Of a stretch of DNA of 64,000 nt, positions 55,203 to 64,000 are shown one piece after another (position 1 is the stretch's first letter; each line of letters starts with the position of its first letter). The position numbers and the translations under genes were made by a program. Under the pieces are notes generated by a model, which saw only the letters and a list, made by a program, of their open reading frames with translations, was not told the DNA's origin and ran no database searches. Source of the stretch: Camelus dromedarius (taxonomy: Eukaryota); NCBI RefSeq assembly GCF_036321535.1, contig NC_087437.1, positions 87,980,001 to 88,044,000 of the forward strand. The letters run 5' to 3'.

Positions 55203-55672
55203 ACCTCCAAGATGATCAGCACACTGCAGAATCTTATCTGTCACAGCTGACAACTTGTGTTGGACATACAGGATAAAAATTTCACCCAGGAAAATGACAG
55301 CCTTATAAAGGGAAAGAATTGAGCCTGGTGACCAAGAACCCTGCCCCCGGAGAAGAAACAAATCTTTTCCTCCCTTGGTATGTGAGAAGCCAGCTTTGGG
55401 TCAGCAAACACCACCCTGCTCCCACTATAGTGTGATGGTCCCCTCTGCTCCTGCCCTCCAAATCATTCTTGGATGAATGAAGACTGACCCACTTTCAGGG
55501 AAATGACCTTCCTCCTCACTATGAAGGCCAAAGGTGTTGGGATAGTGTGTGATTTTTCAGTGGTTTTCTACAGTGTTGCTTCCTCTCTTGAGGCTGAGAG
55601 GCAGTAACCACCATACCAGGACTTCTCAATAAATTTTTATTACCCAAACTGAGGGAGAAAAGAAAAAGAAAA
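55203..55672 (+). pseudogene. 5'-truncated retrocopy of an unidentified polyadenylated transcript
   Basis: Perfect 13-bp TSD ccagaggtctctg (55190-55202, 55677-55689), AATAAA at 55628-55633, then a degenerate A tail. Confidence 0.7.
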
Positions 55673-57937
55673 AAACCCAGAGGTCTCTGTCAATTATGCA
55701 GAAGCCAACTGGCTAATGGTTAGCTCTGGCCAAGGGAGGCAATGGTGGAGAATGGAAAGTTAAGAGGAAGGGAGCAATGAGAGGTCTTCTTCCCCTGCCC
55801 TTCTTCTGGATCTTCTTTAGCAGTAATTATATCTCTTCCAAGGTCTTGTCTCACACAGGTCAGTACTTCTTCCTCTCATCAACCATCTCCATTCTCTGAG
55901 TTTGAGCCTTCTATCCTCATTTCTTCATCCTTCCAGTCCCAGCTAACAGCTAACAGCAACTTAACTACAGCCTCTATATTAGTTTCACCACCCACCCCTT
56001 GGTCTATTCTCTCAGATCTTCTAACAACTATGAAAACTGGTTCTACGAATCAACTTAAATTCCCTCTACCGAATTATTTAGGATGACTTACAAATGTCTA
56101 GATCTTGATTTAAATAAACTATAAATCTTATCTATAACATATAAACTTAACCTATAAACCTAACATAATCAAAAAGAAAATAAAAAAAGGAAATAAATTT
56201 GTGATTATTCCCTATAAGGCCAGCAGGAAATTATATTCTATCCCTCTAGTTTAAAAATTAGAATAGAAAACTTTTTTAAAAGTCCATGGCTTAAGAAAAA
56301 TATAACCAATAGGCTACAGCCATGATGAGTCACATTTATTTTTATTAAATATTTTTAAAATATAAGTTTCTGTTGGTGCCTTCATCCTGGAAATTTTTTA
56401 AATTAAGGTATAATTTACATATAACATTATATTAGTTTCAGGTGTACAATGTAATGATTTGATACTTGCATTTATTACAAAATGACCACAACAAATCTAG
56501 TTATCCATCCATCACCACACAGTCACAAATTTTTTTCCCTATGATAAGAACTTTCAAGATCTACTCAGCAACTTTCAAATTTACAATACAGTATTAATAA
56601 CTACAATCACCACACTACATATACATCCAATGACCTATTTATAACTAGAAGTTTGTACATTTTAACCACATTTACCCATTTAGCACACCCCCAACCCCCA
56701 CCTATGACAACCACCAATCCCTTCTCTGTATCTATGAGTTCAGTTTTGTTTTGTTCTCTTTTAGATTCCACATATAACTAAGATCACTAGGGTAACTGAC
56801 TTCCTCTGACTTATGTCACTTAGCATAATACCCTCAAAATCCATCTATGTTGTTGCAGGTGGCAAAATTCCACTCTTTTTTATGGCTGATAATAGTTACA
56901 CACACACACAAATATCACATACACATCGTATCTCCCTATCCTTTCATCTATCAATGGACATTTATTTAGGTTGCCTCCATATCTTGGCTATTATAAATAA
57001 TGAAGCAATGAACATAGAGATGATGACATCTTTTTGAGCTAGTATTTTTGTTTCCTTCATATAAATAAGCAGAAGAGGAATTGCTAGATCATATGATAGC
57101 TCTATTTTTAAGTTTTTGAGGAACTTCCACAGTATTTCCCATACTGGCTGCATCAATTTACGTTCCCCAAAACAGCATACAAGTATTCCCTTTTCTCCAC
57201 ATTCTTGCAATGCTTACTATTTCCTGATTTTTTAAATAATAGTCATTCTAACAGGTGAGGTTATACCTCACTGTGGTTTTGATTTGCATTTCCCTAATGA
57301 TTAGTGATGCTGAACACATTTTCATCTATCTGTTGGCCATCTGTATGTCTTCTTTGCAAAATTGTCTATTCAGATCTGCCCATCTTTATTTGATTTTTTT
57401 GTTGTTCTTATTGAGTTGTATGAGTTCTTTATATATTTTGGATATTAACATCTTATCAGACAAATAATCCACAATTATTTCCTCATTCAGTAAAGTTGCT
57501 TTTCATTTTATTGATTTTTACAGAAGCTTTTTAGTTTGATGTAGACCCACATGTTGATTTTTCCTTTTGCTTCATTTGCTTTTGGTGTCAAATTCAAAAA
57601 TTTATCACCAAGACCGATGTCAAGTTTACCACCTATGTTTCTTCAAGGAGTTTTATAGTTTCAGGTCTAAAATTCTTTAATCCATTTTTAGTTGATTTTT
57701 GTGTATGGTGTGAGACTGCGGTCCAGTTTCATTCTTATCCATTTGGCCATCCAGTTTTCCTAACACCATTTATTGAGGAGACTGTCCATTCCCCATTGTA
57801 TATTCTTGGCTTCTGTGTCATAAATTAATTGACTATATATGCTGGTTTATTTCTGGGCTCTCTATTCTGTTCAGTGATCTATGTGTCTGTCTTTATGTCA
57901 CTACTATACTGTTTTGATTGCTGTGGTCTGTAATATA

Positions 57938-58162
57938 CAGTTGATCCTTGAACAACATGAGTTAGAACTGCACGGGCCCACTTACACCTGGATTTTTTCC
58001 CTAAATACATATTAGTGTACTACACAATCTTCAGTTGGTTGAAGCTGTGGATGTGGAACTGCAGATACAAGGGCTGACTATAAACTTACATACAGATTTT
58101 CAACTGCACAGGAGGTGGGAGAGTTGGTGTCCCTAGCCCCCACATTTTTCAAGGGTCAACTG
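57938..58162. mobile_element. Tigger2a/MER8-like MITE (TcMar)
   Basis: TIRs cagttgatccttgaa / ttcaagggtcaactg, flanked by TA on both sides. Confidence 0.85.
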
Positions 58163-58712
58163 TAGTGTGAAATTAGGAAGGATGATGCCTCCATCTTTAT
58201 TCTTCCTTCTCAAGACTGAGTTGCCTGTTTGGGGTCTTTTGTGGTTTGATACAAATTTTCAGAATTGTTAGTTCTATTTCTGACAAAAATTTAATGTATT
58301 GTTGCATTCAGTTTGCTAATATTTGGCTGAGGGTTTTTGCATCTATGTTCATTAGGGACATTGACCTGTAATTTCCTTTTGTGATGTCCTTGTCTGCTTT
58401 TGGTATTAAGGTAACACTGGCCTCAAAGAATGAGCTTGAAAGTGTTCCTTTCTCTTCTATTTTTTAGAAGAGTCTGAGAAGGACTGGTATTAATTCTTTG
58501 AATGTATGATAGAATTCACCAGTAAAGCTCTCTGGTACTGGATTTTTGCTTATTGAGAGGTTTTTGATTACTGATTCAATCTCCTTAAGAGTAATTTAAC
58601 TGTTCAGATTTTCTGTTTCGTCATGATTCAGTCTTGGTAAGCAGTATGTTTAAAGGAATTTATCCATTTCTTCTTGATTGTTCAATTTACTGGCGTATAA
58701 TTCTTCATAGTA

Positions 58713-59070
58713 CAGTCCTTCTACATAGTATCCACAGGTTCTGCATCCATGAATACAATCCACCACAGATGGAAAATATTTGGGAAAAAAAAAAATTCCT
58801 GAAGGTTCCAGAAAGCAAACTTTGAATTTGCTAAGCACTGGCAATTATTTACACAGCATTTACATTGCATTCACAATAATTTACATAGCATTTACATTGT
58901 ATTAGATACTACAAGTAATGTCGGGGTGATTTAAAGTATATGAGAGAATGTGCGTAGGTTTACATGCAGATACTACGCCATTTTATATAAGGGACTTGAG
59001 CATCCATCGTGGATTTGGTATCCATGAGGAAGTTCTAGAACCAAGCCTTAACGGATATTAAGTGACAATG
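58713..59070. mobile_element. MER2-family Tigger MITE
   Basis: ta|cagtc...gtatccacaggttctgcatcc...gggacttgagcatcc...ggtatcc...ggatattaagtgacaatgg|ta. Confidence 0.75.
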
Positions 59071-59288
59071 GTAGTCTATTCTGATCCTTTTTTTCCCTGT
59101 GGAATCAGCTATAGCATTTCTTTCATTTCTGGTTTTACTTGAGACATCTCTTTTTTTCTTGGTGAGTCTACCTAAAGGTTTGTCAATTCTGTTTATCTTC
59201 TCAAAGAACCACTTCTTAGTTTCATCAATCTTTTTTTATTGTGTTTTTAGTTTCTATTTCATTTAGTTCTATTCTGATTATTTTTTTT

Positions 59289-59340
59289 CACATACAAACA
59301 CAAACACACACACACAAACACATATACACACACATACATA
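59289..59340. repeat. Imperfect (CA)n microsatellite at an L1 tail
   Basis: cacatacaaacacaaacacacacacacaaacacatatacacacacatacata. Confidence 0.85.
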
Positions 59341-59344
59341 TATT

Positions 59345-61632
59345 CCTATTCTTTTTTTTTTTTGTTATAGGCCATGACTAGGTATTGAATATAGTTCCCT
59401 GTGCTATACAATAGGACCTTGTTGCTTATCAGTTTTATATATAATAGTATCTGCAAATCCGGAACTCCCAATTTATCCCTTCCCACCTCCTTCCCCCACT
59501 GGTAACCATACTTTTTTTTTCCTATGTGAGTCTGTTTTGTAAATAATTTCATTTATGTCTTTTTTGGTTTTTTTTTTTTTTGATTCCACATATAAGTGAT
59601 ATCATATGGTATTTTTCTTTCTCTTTCTGGCTTACATCACTTAGTGGGACAATCACCAGGTCCATCCATATTGCTGCAAATGGCACTGTTTTATTCATTT
59701 TTATGGCTGAGTAATATTCCATTATATATACATAACACAGCTTCTTTATCCATTCATCTGTCAATGGACATTTCAGTTGCTTCCCTGTCTTGGCTATTGT
59801 AAATAGTGCTATGAACATTGGGGTGCATGTATCTTTTCAAATTAGAGTTTCCTCCAGATATATGTCCAGGAGTGGGATTGCTGGATCATATGGTACCTCT
59901 GTTTTTAGTTTTTTAAGGAACCTCTCTACTGTTTTCCATCGTGACTGCACCAATTTACATTCCCACCAACAGTGTACGAGGGTTCCCTTTCTCCACACCC
60001 TCTCCAGCATTTATTGTTTGTGGATTTCTTCATGATGGTCATTCTGAAGGGTGTGAGGTGATACCTCATTGTAGTTTTGATTTGCACGTCTCTGAAAATT
60101 AGCGACACTGAGCATTTTTTCCACATGCCTATTGGCCATTTGTATGTCTTCACTGGAGAAATGTTTGTTTAGATCTTCTGCCCTTTTTTGGATTGGGTTG
60201 TTTGTTTTTTTGTTATTGAGTTATATGAGCTGTTTGGAAACTGGAAATTAAGCCTTTGTCAGCTGCATCATCTGCAATTATTTCCTCCTATTCTATAGGT
60301 TGTCTTTTCATTTTATTTATTGTTTCCTTTGCTGTGCAAAAGCTTATAAGTTTAATTAGGTCCCATTTGTTTTGTTTTGTTTTGTTTTTAATTTCTATTG
60401 CCTCCATAGACTGCCCCAGGACAATGTTACTACAATTTATATCAGAGAATGTTTTGCGTGTGTTCTCTCCTAGGAGGTTTATGGTGTCTTGTCTTAATCT
60501 TTAAGCCATTTTGAGTTTATTTTTGTGTATGGTGTGCAAGGGTGTTTGAATTTCACTGATCTACATGCAGCTGTCCAGTTTTCCCAACACCACTTGTTGA
60601 AGAGGCTGTCTTCTCCACTGTATATTCTTGCTTTCTTTGTCAAAGATTAACTGACTGTAGGTGAGGTGTGTGGGTTTATTTTGGGGTTTTCTATTCTATT
60701 CCACTGATCTGTCTGTTTTTATGCTAATACCACACTGTTTTGATTTCTGTAGCTTTGTAGTATTGTCTGAAGACTGGGAGAGTTATTCCTTCAGCTTTGT
60801 TCTTGTTCTTCAGTATTGCTTTGGCAATTCTAGTTCTTTTGTGATTCCATATGAATTTTAGGATTATTTGTTCTAGTTCTGTGAAAAATCTCCTAGATAA
60901 TTTGATAGGGATTGCATTAAATCTAGATTGCTTTGGGTGGTACGGCCATTTTAACAATACTAATTCTTCCATTCCAAAAGCATGGGATATCATTCCATTT
61001 TTTAAAACTCATCTTTAATTTCCTTAATCAATGTTTTATAGTTCTCTGTATATAAGTCTTTCACCTACCTTGTTGGTCAGGTTTACTCCCAAGTATTTTA
61101 TATTTTTTGATGCAATTTTGAAAGGGATTTTTTTTTAAATTTTCCTTTTCTGATATCTCATTGCTAGTGTAAAGAAACACAACAGATTTCTGTATGTTAA
61201 TCTTGTTTCCTGCTACCCTGCTGTATTTATCAGCACTAGTAGTTTTTGTGTGGAGTCTTTAGGGTTTTCTATATATAGTATCACGTCATCTGCATATAGT
61301 AACAATTTTACCTATTCTCTTTCAATCTGGATCCCTTTTATTTCTTTTTCTTGTCTGATTAGTATGGCTAGAACTTTCAATACTAGGTTGAATAGAAGTG
61401 GTGAGAGTGGGCATCCTCTTGTTCCAGATTTTAGTAGGAAGACTTTCAACTTTTCATCACTGAGTATTATGTTGGCTGTGGGTTTAATAAATAGCTTTTA
61501 CTATGTTGAAATATGTTCTCTATACCCACTTTTCTAAGAGTTTTTATCATAAATGGGAGTTGAATTTTATCAAATGCTTTTTCTGCATCTACTGAGTTGA
61601 TCATGTGATTTTTGTCCTTTCTTTTGTTGATG
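59345..61632 (-). mobile_element. Younger LINE-1 3' ~2.3 kb nested in the older L1
   Basis: ORF2 peptides [39 protein letters not shown] and [24 protein letters not shown]; poly-T and (CA)n at its 3' end. Confidence 0.9.
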
Positions 61633-61771
61633 TATTCTGACCTTTGATCTTTCCTTCCTTCTACTAGCTTTGGGTTTTGTTTGTTGTTCTTGTTCTGATT
61701 CCTTGGGGTATAAAGTTAGGCTATTTGAGATCTCCTTTATTTCTTGATGTAGGTATTTATTGCTATGAACA

Positions 61772-62121
61772 TTCCACAGCCGTCCTCTGTTCCCAGGAGA
61801 CCTTCCAAAACCAGCAGGCAGGCCTGGCCCAGGTTCCTATGAAATCACTGCCTCTACCCTTGGACCTGGCACACGTGAGATTCTGTGTACACTTCCCAAT
61901 AGAATGAAGTCTCTGTTTCCTCCAGTCCTGTGGGGTTCCTGGAGCCAAGCCCTGCTGGCCTTCAGAACCAGATGTCCTGGGGTCTCCACCTCTTCCCAAT
62001 GCCAGAACCCCGGGCTGGAAAGCCCAACATGGGGCCCAGAACTCTCATTCTTGCCGGGGGGGGGGGGGGCTCTGTGACCCAATTATTCCTTAGTTTGTGG
62101 GTTGCCCACCCAGGGGATATT
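61772..62121 (-). mobile_element. LINE-1 5' UTR segment in inverted orientation
   Basis: GC-rich; resembles the recalled antisense of a cetartiodactyl L1 5' UTR (gtctctgtttcctccagtcctgtgg..., ctggccttca, gtttgtgggttgcccaccca). Confidence 0.6.
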
Positions 62122-63633
62122 CTACTGCAGCTCACACAGAGGACATAAAAGCTGGTGGCGGACATTCTGGGAGGTTCATCTACATGAGCTTCCCTGGAGG
62201 CTGACATCTTGATTGGATCATTAGCACCAAGATCTAGCCCCCCCCCCAACAGCCTGCAGAGAAGCCTCAGGCAAAACAACATACTGGGTAGGAACAAAGC
62301 CCCACCCATGAGCAGCTCTCCTGAGCCACAAACACCTCTAGACACAGCCCTAACCACCAGAGGTCCAGGACCAAGCTTCACCCAGCAGTGAGCAAGCACC
62401 GGCTCCTCCTGCTAGGAAACCTGCATAAGCCTCTAGTCCAGCCTCATCCACCAGGGGCAGATACCAGAAATAAGAAAACAACAATCCCAAAGCCTGTGGA
62501 AGGAATCTACAAACACAGACCAGACTCTACACTGGGACCAGCTGGACCCTGGCCCTTGGGTAATGAAAGGAGTATACTGCTGGGACGCATAGGACGTCTC
62601 CCACAGAGGGCCACCTCTCCAAGGTCAAGAAACGTTAACTAACCTACCTAAAAATATAAATAGAAAGACAGACAATATGAGGCAGCAGAGAAGTATCTCC
62701 CACACCAAGGCACAATATAAAATCCCAGAAGAAGAAATAAGTGATGAGGAAATAGGTAATTTATCTGAGAAAGAGTTTAAAGTAAAGATGGTGAAGATGT
62801 TCAGAGAACTCAAGAGGAGTATAGATGCACAGAGCCAAGTTTTTAGCAAGAGTTGGAAAATATAAAGAATACCCAGAGTTGCAGAATAAAATCACTGAAA
62901 TGTATAACACACCAGAAGGAACTAAGAATAGGTTAAATGAGGCAGAAGAACAGATCTATGAGCTAGAAGACAGACCAGTGGAAATCACTACTGCAGAACA
63001 GAAAAAAGAAAAAAGAATGAAAAGAAATGAGGATAATTTAAGAGAACTCTGGGACAATATGAAGTGCACTAATGTTCGCATTATAGGAGTCCCAGAAAGA
63101 GAAAGAGAAGAGAGAGATAAAAAACCTGAGAAAAATTTTGGAGAGATAATAACCAAAAACTTCCCTAACATGGGAAAGGAAACAGTTACCCAACTCCAGG
63201 AAATGCAGAGAGTCCCACACAGGATCAACCCAAAGAGAAACACACCAAGGTACATAATAATCAAACAGACAAAAATTAAGGATAAGGAGAAAATATTAAA
63301 ATCAGCAAGAGAAAAGAAACAAATAACACACAAGAGAACTCTCATAAGGTTATCAGCTGATTTTTCAGCAAAAACTCTACAGGCCACAAGGGAGTGGGAA
63401 AATATATTTAAAGTGATGTAACGGGGAAACTTACAACCAAGAATACTCTATCCAGCAAGGCTCTCATTCAGATTTGATGGAGAAATCAAAAGCTTCACAG
63501 ATAAACAAAAGTTAAAAGAATTCAGCACTACCAAACCAGTTTTACAACAAATGTTAAAGGAACTTCTCTAGTTATCAAATCATAAGAAAACAGAACAAAA
63601 AGAAGGAAGAAAAAAAAAAAAAAGACCTACAAA
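62122..63633 (+). mobile_element. LINE-1 5' UTR and disrupted ORF1
   Basis: ORF1p-like peptides split by a frameshift: 62677-62865 (EEIGNLSEKEFKVKMVKMF) and 62825-63421 (RLNEAEEQIYELEDR..NVRIIGVPE..IRLSADFS). Premature TAA at 63419-63421. Confidence 0.9.
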
Positions 63634-63913
63634 AGATTGCTTTGGCAGTTTGGGGTCTTTTACAGTTCCATATAAATTTTGGAATTGTTTGTTCTAGTTC
63701 TGTGAAGCATGTCTTGAGTATTTTGACAGCGGTTGCATTGGGTAGTATGGCCATTTTGATAATGTTGATTATTCCAATCCAAGAGCACAAGATATCTTTC
63801 CATTTCTTTGCATCATCTTCAATTTTCTTCATCAGTGTTTTACAGTTTTCAGAGTATAGGTAACCTCCTTGGTTAACTTTATTTCTAGGTATTTTGTTGT
63901 TTTTGATGCAATG
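63634..63913 (-). mobile_element. LINE-1 ORF2 fragment
   Basis: KKIEDDAKKWKDILCSWIGIINIIKMAILP...FTELEQTIPKFIWN. Confidence 0.88.
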
Positions 63914-64000
63914 GAAATGTTTATGCCACTTATAAAATTCTGGGTTTTGAAGTGAAAAAAAAAAAAAGTGAATGAAGGGCCACAGATGGCAAAATACCCT

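Larger units (their letters stand above)
56393..59285 (-). mobile_element. LINE-1 3' portion, internally deleted, hosting DNA transposon insertions; resumes at 61641-61770
   Basis: Antisense L1 3' UTR and ORF2 (IELSYDLAIPLL...MFIASLFIIAKIWRQPK; NNQEEMDKFL). Confidence 0.88.

Noticed and set aside
62677..63421. Domesticated or intact L1 ORF1 gene
   Set aside because: Frameshift near 62850, premature stop at 63419-63421, and no ORF2 following in the same orientation.

Overview
Mammalian genomic DNA, most likely camelid, judged from two tRNA-derived SINEs resembling Vic-1. It covers the C3orf38 / ZNF654 locus, with both genes on the minus strand. C3orf38 is complete: three coding exons (5221-5095, 2509-2271, 772-197; 313 aa) and a CpG-island promoter at about 4.85-5.73 kb. 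ZNF654 is present as its last seven coding exons (42246-42165, 30043-29908, 27180-26978, 26385-26246, 19790-19649, 16499-14153, 13571-13564), all GT-AG with consistent phases, plus a probable ~3 kb 3' UTR; its 5' exons lie beyond the window end. The introns hold L1, L2/MIR, Tigger/MER and hAT fossils. Most notable: candidate antisense exons running from the C3orf38 promoter across ZNF654 (CGGBP1-type long 5' UTR); an in-frame 54-nt candidate cassette exon in ZNF654; two candidate poison exons; an apparent 1-nt frameshift shortening the C3orf38 C-terminus; a tailless 7SK retrocopy with target-site duplications (TSDs); an unidentified mRNA-like retrocopy; and a nested, multiply inverted L1 cluster. 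Gene and repeat family names come from recalled sequences, not from database searches, and repeat boundaries are approximate.
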